NCBI RefSeq assembly: GCF_018350175.1
Contig: NC_058368.1
Location: forward strand, 24,430,001-24,494,000
DNA length: 64,000 nt
Source of the DNA: Felis catus
Lineage: Eukaryota
Reading direction: 5' to 3'
This document shows positions 48,400 through 63,078 of the stretch, one piece after another. A model generated the notes under the pieces. That model was not told where the DNA came from, did not search any database, and saw only the letters and a program-made list of their open reading frames with translations. Made by a program: the position numbers and the translations under genes. Each line of letters begins with the position of its first letter. The first letter of the stretch is position 1.

Positions 48400-50330
48400 A
48401 TAGAAAAATGGAGGAAGGGGCAATATGCAAAAAGACAAAGACAATGATGAAATACATGAATCTTCAGGCTCAGAGAGCAAAACAAAGTTTATAGCTAGGT
48501 AAATCAAGATAGAGCTATACATAACATAGCAAAAAATAGGGAGCAACAAAGATAAAAAGAAGTTAGGGGGAGAAATCAAAAGGAAAAACATAAAAATTCT
48601 CTACAAGCCTAAATCATTTGGATTAGCGAAGGATTTCTCTATAGCAAAACAGAGGCCAGAAAACACAGCATCTCTGAAATATAACAGAAACTTAACTGTA
48701 TATATACAGAAATATAACAGAAATATAACTGTAACTTAAAACTTTACACTAATACAGCCTGAAGTTTTATCCCAAGAACTGAACCTTCCTTCAACAATGA
48801 GGTGAAAAGACATTTCAGAAAAAAGACTGAATTTACCACAAACATTATCACTAAAGAAACTTCTTAAGAACGCATGCTATAAACAAAGAGATTCACCCTA
48901 AAAAGAGTGAGATGAAAAACCAGAGAATCTGGTAAAAAATATAGGTAAGTACAAATGAGCATCAGTTCACTCAAATCAAGGTAAAAAGCAAGAGGGACCT
49001 AAAATATAGAATAAAAATAATATACGTTTGCAGAGGAGTGCTTGCCATTAAAGCTTTCTGTGAATGTTATCAATTTGGGGAGGATGAGAGAGGCATTTTT
49101 TACCTTTAGATCTTTAGGCTTTTGCAATTTATAGGTAACCTTTCAATTAAATGTATAAAGATATAATGACAAATTTCTAAACCAGAGAAAGAAAAAAACT
49201 GGAATAAACAAAACTTGGAATATTCAATAGAAGCTAGGAAAAGGCAGGGAAAAAGAAGCAAAGATAATCTTGACAAAATACAAAGTAAGAAGAAAAATAT
49301 AAATCCACATACATACGTACCTAAACCAAGGTTGAAAGGTTGAAAATGAGGAAGTGAAAACATGTATGTGAGCAAAAGACACCAAAAGAAAGCTAAGACG
49401 GAACTATTAATTTCATATACAATAGACTGTAAGTCAAAAAAAAAGCGTTTTAGGGATAAAGTGAATCACTACACAATGATAAAACTTGCAGTTTGTAAGA
49501 AAGACATACACTTTGGAACTTGGGCTCAAAATACCTGGCCTATAACTTGGTCTTAAAATACATCTATTAAGAATTGATGGAATTACAGGGGTAAAAACCA
49601 ACAGATCCACAATCATCCTATTTTGCTTAAAGCGCATCTCTCAGTAACAGATATATATTAAACAGGCAAAACGTGTTAGGGTAAAGACAAGATGAGCTTC
49701 ATACTTAATGGATTTACTGGAATCCACATACAACACTTAGAGGACATACATACTTTCAGAATACTTACAAAATTAACTACACACAGGCTACAAAGCAAAT
49801 CTCAACGAAGGTACAGAATCAACATCAGACAAAATATTTTCTAAACACGGTACGGTAACATTAAAAATCAATTATAGAAGGTAACTTGAAGAATCTACTC
49901 TATAGCAAATGCATGGGTCAAAGAAGTAATATTGAAAATTAGAAAGGTTTTAAGAGTGATTTAAAAAATACCACACATCACAACTTATAGGACTCAGCTA
50001 AAGCGCTACATATAGGGAAATTCATAACCTTAAATGCTCCTATGAGATTAATGAATGACATACCCTAAACTCTAGAAATTAGAAAAAAAATAAACATACA
50101 AGAAAATGGATGGAAATATGACAGATAAAAATCAGAAACTAATGAAACAGAAGATAAAAACCCAAAAACATTGGTCACTGAAATTAAAAGATGATCCAAC
50201 AAAAAAATACACAATCAAAATAGACAGACTTCTAAAAAAAGGGGGATAAAGGAACACAAATCCACAGTATTAGGAATTGGAAAGGCAAACCAACTACAGA
50301 TACAATAGAAATGTGTAAAATTACAAAAGT
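48400..50330 (+). mobile_element. Ancient L1 fragment (ORF1 end to ORF2 endonuclease/linker)
   Basis: A-rich decayed L1 motifs gatttctctatagcaaaacagaggccaga, agggataaagtgaatcactacacaatgataaaa, caactacagatacaatagaaat. Confidence 0.7.
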
Positions 50331-53300
50331 CCTCCTTTATTTCAATATTTATGTTGGTCTCCTGGACAATTCTCTAGCAACTATTTTTAAGACTATGAAA
50401 CTGTCCTAAAGGGCATAGTTAGCATTAGACAAGATAACAAAGGTGAAAATGTCAGGCAAACTATAACAAAAACCCACACCCTCCTCCTTGTGTATACGCT
50501 CCTTTTCTCTTTCCCTCTTCTTGATGACAGTACTTGTCACTGCAAACTGCAATATTCTTAGAAGAAACAGAATAAGCTGATTATTGATGAAATGGCAATG
50601 TTTCAGAGGGTTTTTATCTGTCTAGCTAGAAAAATAAATTAATTTGCACCTTGTTCGTTTTGACTTGCAGAAAAAAACTTTGAGAATTACTATATACAAA
50701 ACATCTAAATAATGAATTAGCTGTAGGCATTTACCCCATTTTCGCAGGGAAAATCTTCAGCCCAAAGGTCTTACAAATTTTATTAAGATCAGAAGCAGAA
50801 CTGAAAACAAAATCAACACATTCTGACAGCGCTCTAGCCATCAAAGCCATAATGTCCCTTTTGTGTCTCTCTGTTCCTGTTGAATACAAACACTGATCTA
50901 AAACAACATCTATTATCAGGTGACATGTCTAATGGAAAAATCCTCTTTGGAAGTCTTGCCAAGTATGAACTATACTAAAAGGAATGGAATCTGGTAAGAA
51001 ATATCCTACTATTAACTCACTCACCTTTAATAAAGCCTGACAGCTACCAATGCCAATGTACAGAATTTTACAGGTGTTACAATTATAAATATATTAAAAA
51101 TTTTAGAGACCACTGTCTCTAGGTTCTGCCTTGAAAACAAATGCCCAGTGGGCACACTAGAAAAGGCAAGGCTTAAGCCATACACTGTTGGTCGTGCTAT
51201 TGATGAGTCTGGTGGCCATTTCCAACTCTAGCATTCTACAAAAAATATCTTCAAATTTTAAGATAATGCTTCCAAATTCCACCATGGTTTGCTGTGTTTT
51301 GGTGTCTTCCTGCTGATCTGTCCTTTGATAAAACACAGCCTAGCTTCCAAAGGTCAGTTCCAAAATAGCTCATTTTCCCTTTGAAAATAAAGTAAGACCT
51401 TCATAAAAGGATTTGGGATACACGTTTGTCTTGAACTGAACAAATCTCCTCCCCTTTTTCAATGTAGGAAGACGCCATCAATTTTCTCAGTTTCTAGAAA
51501 GAATAAATGCTATCTTACAGTCAAGACCTTCAGAAATGTCAGTGGCAAGGCGAGGGATACAATTAAAATTCTTAGGAATAAAAAATTAATTCAGTTCACA
51601 ACCAAAATATAAAATCTGTGCTAAGGCAACCTTAGCACGCAAGATGCTTCTCCAAATCCTTCAGATAGTGAGCTATTCTTAGGATTAAAGATTATTTCTC
51701 AGAAGGACCTCCCCAAACCGCCCCCCCCACCCCACCAAAGGAATGTAGGGATACAGGTTATATGGCCATCAGGAAGTTGGCTCTTTCTGCACATTGTTTA
51801 GCAGCCAAAAAGGATGCCAGGCTTCAGAAAAAGCATCCAAAACAGATTCCTTTTATGGTATGATAACATTTTGCTCAAGAGACTGCCCTTTCCTTCACAG
51901 GCAATGCCTCAGAAACTATTCCTAAATAGACTGATAGACACAGGGGGGCTTCTAATGAAGAAGCCAGCTCCCGATGTGTGTGTTTCACCCTCGGAAAGTA
52001 AAACCACTCACCAGGAGTTCTGGAAGCAATATGATCAAATGCTGTAAAGAACTTCCATTTTTGGCAGTTTCTATTCCTGAACCTCTCTGAGATGAAACTT
52101 TTAAGCTAAAGTCCCTAGTCTTAGACTCGTAACACCCCTCTGTTGCCAAGCGTTTTGCTAGTCCGGGTTATTCCATTTTCCTAAGGTACATTTTCTCCAT
52201 GGGTCTAATCAACAACAGCCTCTCCAGCACCTTAAAATAGAGTTTAAACTTTGAAAGGCTTTCCTGTGTAGCTCAGGTTCAAAGTGTTTGTTCTCTATAG
52301 GAACAGCTCTTGCTTGATCGTTTTTATTGTTCTTGGCCACATTTCTGGGATTAAGACACTTTATAACAGGAAGAAACACAGTGGCACCTACACTAAACTA
52401 ACATAACCTTCTGTTGTGAACACCGAGACGCAGAGATTAAAAGCCCTGAGACTTCAAACACAGGCTACATAAACAGCAATAAATTAGTATTTTCCACGAG
52501 TCTGACATTTCTATCGTGTGGGAAGACGCTGAAGTGTTTTTCACTGTATTTCACAGTGAAGAGTTTTATCTTGCATGTGCTAATTACACCCATCTCTAGT
52601 CTAAGACAGGGATCGGGTTTCTGGCACTAAGCAGCCATTGACACTTAGAGATAACATCTCTGAGACATCCCTTCAGCCAAGAAGCTGTGTAGGCAATGCG
52701 GAGTACCACCACCACCACCATCAGCTCCATTGTCAATCTTACCACCATCACCATCAAATATTTCTGGCTGTTTCCTCTGCTGAAGTGCCCAGTATATCCC
52801 ACAGGGTGTGATCAATTTTGAATGTTTCCCGTCAATGCAAAGTAGCTTCATATGGCATCTCTCCTACTTTAAAACATACAGCCCTAGTGAGTCCTATACG
52901 TGATTTATTAAAAAAGAGAAAAAATTAAAAATACAGTGAGACCGTGTTTAATTTTAAGGATAGAAACATGCAATCTGTGAAAATCCGAAAAGCAACATCT
53001 CTACACTATTTTATCTAAACAGCTCTTTACTCGTAGTTCACAGAAATAAGAGGAAAAACCCCTAAGCACTATGGAAGAGAAAGCAGGTTCAGGTACTGAT
53101 TTGTAAAGTCTGATGAACGTGCCTATTTGCTAAGTTGTGTCAGAACAGGCTACAGCTGACAGAGTCCGCATTAAGTGTGTGCCTAAAAGCAATTTACAGT
53201 TGGTCTTTAATTTTCTAAAATTTATACAGATTTCCCCGATACCTCTAGACTGGTGATGAGGTCGTGATTTGATGATACACTTCTGTCTAGAGTATAAGCT

Positions 53301-54108
53301 TCTTCCTTTGGCATAATCCCCCATTTGTCACAGAAAAAAAAAAAAAAACTGCACGAAGACAACTCAGTTCTTCTACAACGCAGTATGTCTGCGGCTTCCT
53401 GAGTCCCCTGCTTCTTTTCCAAGTACACAGATTGACAGCCTCTCTTCCAAAGGCCAAAGTCAACGGGAGTCCACTATGCCCCTTCACCATACCCAAAAAG
53501 AAATAAATTTTATTTCATTGACTTGATTTTCATGAGAGGTAGAAAGGAACTGAAAAGGCCACAGTGCCCAATCCTGGATATTGTGGACGGGACATGTATC
53601 ATGATCCCACACAAGCACAATATTCTAAATGCCTTCCTGGTTAGCGGCATGACGGTGGCGAGGAGTGGAGCAGGAGTTTGAGCACGAGAAGAACTCACAC
53701 AGACTACACTATTGTGTGGATGATGCCACTCAACATCTTAGAAGAGATCATGATTTCATTAGATGCCACTGGTATTTTCCAGGCATCATTATATATTTGC
53801 AAGTAATATTATGTATTATATATTTGCAAATAAACAGATGTGACAGTCATCTACTATTTTACAAGTTACAAATAAATCTTTTAGGCAAATACAACATTGT
53901 ACCTCAAATCACTATCAAACACAAAAATAACTCAATTGCAAATGGTCCAATTCTTAGAAGACCTATTCCAACTAAACCCAATAAATTGGGAATTAAAGGC
54001 TCTATAATTGAACAAAGGGCCCATCTTCCTGGTCACTTTAAAGCTTTCCCTACGTTATTTTATGTTACACATTTATACTCGTGAAGTAAATTTAAAAAAG
54101 GGTATCAA

Positions 54109-54185
54109 AAATAATTACATATACATATCAATAATAATTACATATATATAATAATTACATATATATATATATATATATACACAAG

Positions 54186-54235
<50 letters not shown>
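54109..54235. repeat. aataattacatat x3 followed by (TA)n and (CA)n
   Basis: direct reading. Confidence 0.9.
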
Positions 54236-54237
<2 letters not shown>

Positions 54238-54775
54238 ACCTGGCTTTCAAAGACTTTAGAGGATGTACTTACGTTTTCATATACCCTGATACAACACCTA
54301 AAAAGTAAGAGACATACTTTTTTCTTAATTTTCTATATGTAGCTCTCAATTCCTTTAAAGAGTCAGGATTCAGCACTACAGAATAGGTATTAAAACATAG
54401 AGATGTGAGCAAAGAAAGACAACACAAAACAAAAGTGATCTATATAAAAGGGGAAAAGGATAGAGGCAAACGAGAAATTAAGCAGAGAGAAAACAACATT
54501 TAAAGAGTTGGGTGTTCAACAACCCCTTTCTTTCTTTCTTCTTCCTATTACCTAGCAATCCACCACAAAACTGTCTGCAATATACCCACATTGTTCCTCT
54601 TCAGCATCATCAGTCTCAATGACTCTGTTCTTGCCCTTAAAGGTTCTGAAATCCACACTTCAATACATCCTTTCTATCATCTGAAGACAACAATGTTACT
54701 CTACTCTCAACTAAGCTCGACATGAAAATCATCATACCAAAACCAATTATATTAATGCTTTTAAAACCTAACATA

Positions 54776-55000
54776 GGGGCGTCTGGGTGGCTCAGTTGGT
54801 TAAGCATCCAATATCGGCTCAGGTCATGATGATCTCGCAGTTTGTGAGTTCAAGCCCTGTATCAGGTTCTGTGCTGACAGCTTGGAGCCTGGAACCTGCT
54901 TCAGATTCTGTGTCTCCCTCTCTCTCTGCCCCTCCCCGACTCACTCTGTCTCTCTCTTTCCCTCTCAAAAAATAAACATTAAAAAAAGTTTTTAAATAAA
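54776..55000 (+). mobile_element. CAN-SINE
   Basis: head, (CT)n, A-tail. Confidence 0.92.
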
Positions 55001-56615
55001 TAAAACATAAAGGTTAAGATTATTTTAGATTTATAGAATTCTATAGTTTATATTATCCCAGAAGAGTTATGTCATCTATACGCAAAAGTTTCTCATTGTA
55101 TATGGACTTAGTGTAACAATGCAAAGGTAAATCTTACTTGTTACATGTAGCACTGCTGGATGTGAAAATGCCACAGCGGGACAGATACAGGTAAGTAAAG
55201 TGAACACACCAACTGTATATGCTCTTGGGATATTTCCTCCATGCAGATTGGAATTAGAGGGCAGATGTTTCAGGGAAACAGTGAACCAAACTCTGTAGAC
55301 ACCGCTACTTTGGCTCCATCCAGCAATTCCAAGGAAATTAACATTCTGCTGTTACGGAAATAGTTTAGACTGTCTCACTCAAGAAAACTCAAAATGGTCA
55401 GATGAACTAGAAACCTGGAGAAGTTGAAAATAAGCTACAGGAGTCTCTAGAGATTATGCTAATAGTAATTTACATCTCATTTACCAAAAAAGTAGCAAAG
55501 GCCACTTAAAAACATGAGTAGGACTTTTTTTCACTCCCAAGGAGGATATGCACATATAATGAAATGCAACAGAAACCCACTTTGACTGCAAAGAAAGCAA
55601 GTGAAGACCCCAACTCTCAGTAGCTAGCTTAAAAAAAAAGCTAAAAAATAATTGACATTATTATCTATCACAAGTTAATGCTATATCTGGTCCATTGGGA
55701 ATTTTGCACTTTAAAGTTTGGTATGTTTGTTACACAGCACAAGCCTTGCTAATCAGGTGCTGCTCTTCACACACCAAGATAATGCCACTGACATGAGTGA
55801 AGGCTTTGCTCAGGCTTGAACTTTGGAACCTTGCTTTTTTTTGCAGAGATAGATTTGATATAACAGCTTCTGTCTCCCTCCTGACGTCCAGTATGAGTCA
55901 AGGAATTAGGAGACAAAGAGCCAAAACCTAGCCAGAGCAGCTGATAGTCACAGCACAAGGTCTAAAACCAAGGCCTTGAAGTAGCTTATTTTCTTAACTT
56001 CAGAGCTACTCAGGGGCATTAATATGTGACACTGTGTAATTAGAGAATCAACACAGACCACCAGCCTGTCCTCAGCAAATGCTGACCTAACTGAATGGGG
56101 TTACAAAGACAGCAAACTTCGTATCTTACTGGAGTTGCTCAGTGCTCTTGAATTTTCTCAGGTGGCCAAAAAGGAACAGGCTCAGACAGTACTAAGTAGA
56201 AAATCCAAAGGTACAAAAACTCCCAAAGACCAGCAAGGTCCCAACGGGTCAAAACCTCTAAGTTCTTTTTTCGCTTCCTTTAGCCCTCCTCCTCCCAAAA
56301 CTACACCAATACCCAAAGACCATATACCAAGCACCAAAGAGACAAAAGGTATAAATGCTGCCATATAAATTACTGTAGAAAAACTAAACACTAGTATGTT
56401 GTAATATTGACATTCAGAGAAGTCTAGCACCAAAAACAGTATGAATGGCACTACAAATCTATTATGGAAGGTAGTTCTTTAAAAAATCCTTGTATGATTT
56501 ACTTCAAAAGATGATCAGGAATTGCCAAGACGAAAAAGCCCTGATAGAAACGGAAGCATCATTATTTGGGGTTCTTTTTCTGTGAATTTGATTACAATCT
56601 TTATAGACAACCTAC

Positions 56616-56760
56616 CTCAAGTTTAAGTAAGTCAGCATCTGCAGATTAATGATGGCCTCAGGAATGACTCTGATGCAATTATGATACAGATTAAGAATTT
56701 CCAGTGATACAAAATGGCACAATTCCATTGGGACTTCGACCAGTCGGTTTTTAGATAAAT
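56616..56760 (-). CDS. LRCH1: LRCH1 coding exon 2 (LRR region)
   Basis: ttttcatag|AT TTA TCT AAA AAC CGA ... AAC TTG AG|gtaggt; 145 nt; (D)LSKNRLVEVPMELCHFVSLEILNLYHNCIRVIPEAIINLQMLTYLNL(S) matches recalled LRCH1; not in the ORF track. Confidence 0.96.
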
Positions 56761-58300
56761 CTATGAAAAAAGGAAAGAATGTTTTGTCAATAAATCTTCA
56801 ACACAATCAAATACAATTATCAACTATCAATACTTTTTTTCCTTAACATGTTTTAAAATAAACATAATCTAAATTTTTGGTAGCTCTGTTACCCCAGGGT
56901 TGATTTCCTTTTCCTGGCATATTACCCAATTTATACGGAAAAGCCAAAATATTGCTGCAACAGTTTTAGCTTTTTATATTAATTTGGAAAAGCAGGCCAG
57001 ATAGAAGGCCTCAACTGAAAATTATTTCAAAGTCATTCTCCCCTAGGGAAGCATGAAAGCTGTATCCCTTAATATACCTGAATATTTAATATTTCATTTA
57101 TTTAATTCAATTTTGTATTCATAACATGTATTGTCTCTTGGAACATGTCTTTTATAACCTCCGCAAGCACACACACACAGACAACTAAACAAGTATTTCA
57201 TTTGGTAGCATCACTGAGTACCCACAATGTGTAAGACCAAGATAAATCAACGATGTCTCTCTTAAGGACAGGCACTGTGCCTGCCACATGTCCAGCAATA
57301 AAACTGAGCTCTCTTGGCCAAGGATACCAAAGACCTTACTAATGGTGGTCTACAGAGCAGTGTAAACACACAGCATGGTTTACAATACTACCATCTCAAC
57401 AATAAAAATATGGAATAGTCCATAAGGTCTAAGTATGGGAATGGTAGACATAACCAAATACAACAAAAGAGCTACCACTCTTGAAAACTGTAACTCGACA
57501 TCAATCATCTCAATCAGGCTGAGCTGACTGAGGAAGGACTCAATCAGTACGAACGGAAGATGTTTCTTAAATAATATACCATATATACTTAAAGAATCAC
57601 ACTCCATTGGAAAAAAAAAAGAATATTGAAACAGGTCAATACTCTAACGAAATAGAAGTCAAAGGGATATCCTCCTGACTAACCCGCCAAGATATAAAAA
57701 CATAAATAAACAAACACGGGACTCGATGGCTTCAGGGGTGAATTCTAAGCAAGTTTAAAGGGACAATTATGCTAATATTCAAACTATTCCACACAAGGTA
57801 AAAGGAGGTAAGTTTCTAAATACTTATTTGAATAGTAAGGTATAGTACTGATACCAACACCTAACAAGTACCCAAAAAAGAAACTATTTATGAATCTCCC
57901 TTCTAACTACTGATGTAAATCCTAAGTTTAAAAATTAGCAAGCAGAATTGAGCAGTACATAAAAAGATTAACATACTATAACTATGTGGGATTTATTCTA
58001 GGAATACAAGGATTTTGTATTATTTAAACAATTCACTATATAACTAGAGTAAAGGCAAAATTGCTTATGATCACCTCCATAGATACTTAACAGGTATTGA
58101 TAAAATACTGAATACATTCTTTTTCAAAAACTACTTTATTGAAGTATATCTTCTATATCATAAAACTGACCTATTTGAAGTGATCTCTAGCAACTTTACC
58201 AAGTGGAACATCATCACCATAAATCAGAACATTGTTTTAGAATATTTATATTCATTCTTAATGCAATCACTTAATAAAAGAACAGTTGGCTATTTCTTAC

Positions 58301-58304
<4 letters not shown>

Positions 58305-58358
<54 letters not shown>
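58305..58358. repeat. (CT)n(CA)n microsatellite
   Basis: direct reading. Confidence 0.9.
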
Positions 58359-58364
<6 letters not shown>

Positions 58365-59608
58365 GCATGAGAGAGAGAATTCTTTTATTTATGGCTAAAC
58401 CTTGAACTACTAGAAATATTACCAGTAAAATCAAGACAATACATCATTACCACTATCACAACTTACTATTGTTCAGGAGATACTAGCCACTGACATGGAT
58501 AAGGAAAGAAAAGAAGAACCAAAATTGGAAACAAAAAGATAGAATTATCAGTATTTACAAATAATATGATTGTTTTCCCAGAAAACCCAAAAATATCAAG
58601 AGAAAAGCTATTTCAAGTGTTAAAAAGGTACAGGGTAGAAAATGAAAATGCTGAAAAATAGCCTACTCACACATACATACACACACATACACACACACAC
58701 TCACAGCAAAATGATACAACACAAGAAATCTAATTTATTATAAGAGTAAAACATCTGGAAATCTGACGAAACATGCAAAGTTTATATGAAGAAAACTTTG
58801 AAATGCTACTAAGCAATAAAAAACAAAGGTTACAATTGAAAAGATATTCCCTGATAGTAAATAAGACAGCATCAAAAAAAAGTATCAGTTCTCCCTAAGC
58901 TACACGTGTATAATGGAATGAACCCCCAATTAAAAAAATAGACTTCTACAATACTTTTTGATTTGCTGAGGTTATTATACAAGTTGACTTTAAAGTTCAT
59001 ATGGTAAAATAACAATACAAAAAGAGCAAGGTATCTCTCAAAACAAAAGGCGCTCTGAGGGGCACCGGCTCCCCTAGGCATTAACAGACACACCATAAGG
59101 CAATGTGATGGGCAGGTGAGAAGGTCAAGGGAACAAATTACAAATAGGTCAAAGATACATATGGAAATCAAGTGTGCAGTCAAGGTTGCATTTCAATTCA
59201 ATAGGTTAAAGAGGTAGGGTCAGTAAACAGTTTGAGAAACCTGGATAGTCAGCTGAAACAAAGGATGACCTATTTCACTCCTTTTATTTCAATACATCCT
59301 AAATGAATTAAATGATTGCCTTTAAAAAGTGAAGCCATAAGAGCACTAGAACAACACATGGGAAGTTTCTGTTTATGATCTTAGAATGGAGAAAGCCTTC
59401 CTATGAATGGCATAACACAACACTGATGAATCAACACATAACAAAATTTAAGGCATTTTAAAACAAACAAAAATTCTACCAAAGACATAAATGACAGTCA
59501 AGGAATGGGGGCAGGGTGGGAAGTCCTACAATACATAAACCCAGTAAGCTAATTTTTTATACATATAAAGAGCTTCTACAGTCAATGATAGTAAGTTTGA
59601 AACTCTGG

Positions 59609-59739
59609 GGAAAAAAGGAAGGAAGGAAGAAAGGAGGGAGGGGAAAGGAAGGAAGGAGGGAGGGAAGGGGGAGGGAAGGAAGGAAGGAAGGAAGGAAGGA
59701 AGGAAGGAAGGAAGGAAGGAAAGAAAGAAGGAAAAGAAA
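59609..59739. repeat. Polypurine (GGAA)n tract
   Basis: about 130 nt made only of A and G. Confidence 0.95.
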
Positions 59740-60702
59740 TGAACAGATGGCTCACAGAAAAGGAAATATAAATGGCTCTTAAGCATATGAAAAACTGATC
59801 AACCTGACTCAAATGTGAACAATGTAAATCACAGCTACATGGGACATTTTTCACCTAGTAGACTAGTAAATATCAAATAGTTTGATAAACACATTATAAT
59901 GCTGAGGACATGATGTAAGTGAAGAACATGTCAGCAAAATCAATCAAAATTACAAATGTACATACTTCATTCAACCTAGAAATCTTTCTCATCTACAGAT
60001 AAACTCATATGACTGCAAATGACATTTTTTTAACATGGCTGGAAAGAACAAAAAATAGAGAGCAAGTTAAATATCGGTGTGTGGTTATACATTAATATGC
60101 TATTGATAAATATAAATAAAACTAAAATTAAACCAATCAATATTAACATACTGTTAATATTTCATGTGGTGTAACAGAATATTAAACATTATATTCCATA
60201 ATGAAGTGCTGATACTATGCAGTCATTGAAATGAATGAAGCAGCTTTATTTGTGCTGATCTGGTACAGTCTCTCAGACATATTATATATATTTTTTAAAG
60301 CCTGGTACAGAAACAGTATTAGTATTTGTGTTTGTAAATGAATATTTACACAGTTGTTTAAGTATAAATAGATTATCTCTGGAAGCTGCAGAAGAAACCG
60401 GCAGAAGTAGTTGTTTCTAGAGAAAGTATTTCTTGTTGAGAGGACAGGTGGGGGGGGGGGGGTTCCTGCAACTGTACATCCGGCTGTGGCTTTAGAAATG
60501 TGAGTGCATTGCTTATTTGATTTTATATATAGAAATGAATTCCATACACATATATATATATAATCTGTGTGTATATACATAGATATAGGATTATGTATAT
60601 ATACATATGTGTATATATACAGATATATGTGTGTATACATATATGGGTTTATGTATATGTATCTGTGTATGTATACACATATACAACTTCCTACCAACAT
60701 TC

Positions 60703-60982
60703 TTGTTTTTTAATTTTTTTTTAAGTTTATTTATTTATTGTGTGAGAGAGAAAAAGTACAAGCAGGGGAAGGCCAGAGAAAGAGGGGGAGAGGGAGAGAA
60801 GGGGAGAGACAGAGAGAGAGAGACAGAGAGAGAGAATCCCAAGCAGGCTCCACGCTGAGAGCACAGAGCCCGATGCAGGGTCCATCTTGCAAACTGTTGA
60901 GATCATGACGTGAGCTAAGATCATGACATGACCTGAGACCAAGAGGTGGACGCTTAGCCAAATGAGCCACCCAAGCGCCCCT
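60703..60982 (-). mobile_element. CAN-SINE with small internal duplication
   Basis: TSD taccaac(a/c)ttc; agatcatgac occurs twice. Confidence 0.9.
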
Positions 60983-61460
60983 GTACCAACCTTCCTTCTC
61001 TACATGCAGAATTTTGTTTCATTGGAAAAGAGATTTGAGAAGCCAGAGCAAACCGCGAAGTCCCATGCTCTTAATTAAGGGAAGTACAGGAGCAAGCTTC
61101 TTTTCACGAATGTTTAAAATCGCAACAGAAGAAAACTCCGAAAGTCTTGCATTCTTTCTTCCTGAAACTCTCTACTGGACACGGCAATCTTCTTGTGCTA
61201 TGGTGCTGGAAATTTGCCCAGAAAACTTTTACGTGCGTTTTTCCTTCGGATTCAACTCAAATTTCTACTGAGGCTCCAGTTTACATTCAAAACTTTACCT
61301 TTCCTGAGAACTGCTAGGATGGCACTATCAAGCTGAATGTCTCAGTAACTATTTTCAATAATAATAATGTTATTATTAGTTTCAGTGTCATGAATGCTTT
61401 AAAAAAAAAAGTTACAGGCATTTTTGTAGAAATGCTGTCATATAACTATAAACCTTTTAC

Positions 61461-61668
61461 TTTTTTATTGTTTTTAAGCGTATTTATTTATCTTTGAGAG
61501 ACAGAGAGAGCATGAGCACAGGGGGATGGGCAGAGAGAGAGAGAATCCCAAGCCGGCTCCCGACCATCAGCGTCAGCCTGACACAGGTTCCATCTCACAA
61601 ACCACGAGATCATGACCTGAGCTGAAACCAAAATCAGATGCTCAAGCAACTGGGCCACCCAGGCACCT
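61461..61668 (-). mobile_element. CAN-SINE (older)
   Basis: TSD-like aacta(t/c)aaacct. Confidence 0.88.
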
Positions 61669-62537
61669 CAACTACAAACCTGTCAAATGATCATGGGATA
61701 CCAAATCAATAATAGAAACCACCCCAACCAGAGCGCAGATCAATTCTAAATCTATAACCACGTGTTATATGTTTGAGAAAGTTACTCAATTTCCCAGGTC
61801 TATGTTTCCGGATACGTAAACTTAAGAGTATATGCAACTGAAAATGTTCTAACGCTCTTTTCAGATCTCAGATTTCTGTATATAAATAAAAAGTATTTAG
61901 AATTCAAGTATTTTCTGTCAAAAGTACTCAGAATCCAAGTGGTCTTGCTTCATCACAGTAATCAATAGCAACAGTGGAGTATCACAAAAAGTGATAAAAT
62001 GCAAACCCACATGTAACAAATACTGGCACATCTTTTTAATAAATTTGTCCTTTCGTTGTCAAATCCATATTCTTATTACATAATCTCTTTTAGGAGGGCT
62101 CTGTTTCCAAACTTGGGGAAAATGCAATGGCAGGAGAAAGAAATGATATAATAGCTTATCAATTAAGCTATGTTTAATTCTGGTCTCAACTTACTAATAG
62201 CATCATCATGAACAGTTACTGTTAGAATAATGTTCTAATTGGTGTCTGAGTCTGGTATCTTTGTTACTACTCAGAATAAAGACATGATAGGCTCTCGACC
62301 CTTTTGATAGTCTCCTCCACAATCTCCAGATTGGAAGGGAAGCTGTAGCACTTTCCTTCCGTAATTTCCTCCTGCAGCCTAACCTCACATGCCAGAAGGA
62401 GCTGCATGAAGGGCTGGTGAGAGCTTCTGAAGAGACGCTCTTAGTCCTGCCTGCTGAGAGAAGAGGAAGCATATCTGGTAAAACGGAAATTGCCCTCATT
62501 TTAAATTGTATCTGATATCTCCTCTTCAATCCTTGTT

Positions 62538-62767
62538 TTTTATTTTTTTTTTAAATTTTTTTTTCAACGTTTATTTATTTGTGGGACAGAGAGAGACAGA
62601 GCATGAACGGGGGAGGGGCAGAGAGAGAGGGAGACACAGAATCGGAAACAGGCTCCAGGCTCCAAGCCATCAGCCCAGAGCCCGACGCGGGGCTCGAACT
62701 CCCGGACCGCGAGATCGTGACCTGGCTGAAGTCGGACGCTTAACCGACTGCGCCACCCAGGCGCCCC
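62538..62767 (-). mobile_element. Young SINEC_Fc
   Basis: TSD aatccttgttttt. Confidence 0.95.
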
Positions 62768-62867
62768 TTTAATCCTTGTTTTTAATGGTGCAGTTCTGGA
62801 GGTATTTCTTCCGGAATCCTTTTTCTGAAAGGCCTCAGGCTATTCATTATAAATAAAGTTACAAGAA

Positions 62868-63078
62868 GGGCACCCAGGTGGCTCAGTCGGTTAAGTGTCC
62901 GACTTCGGCCCAGGTCATGATCTCACTATTCTTGGGTTCAAGGCCCATGTCAGGCTCTGTGCTGACAGCTCAGGGCCTGGAGCCTGCTTTGCGTTCTGTG
63001 TCTTCCTCTCTCTGCCCCTCTCCCACTTATGATGTGTCTGTCTCCCAAAGATAAATAAACATCAAAAAATTTTAAATA
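62868..63078 (+). mobile_element. CAN-SINE
   Basis: TSD aaataaagt(t/c)acaag. Confidence 0.92.

Larger units (their letters stand above)
57550..60540 (+). mobile_element. Ancient L1 (L1ME-like), ORF2 RT region to 3' UTR, heavily decayed
   Basis: gatggcttcaggggtgaattcta (PDGFTGEFY-like), gtgggatttattctaggaatacaagga, tatttacaaataatatgattgt (FADD-like); small opposite-strand L1 end at about 58125-58255. Confidence 0.75.
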
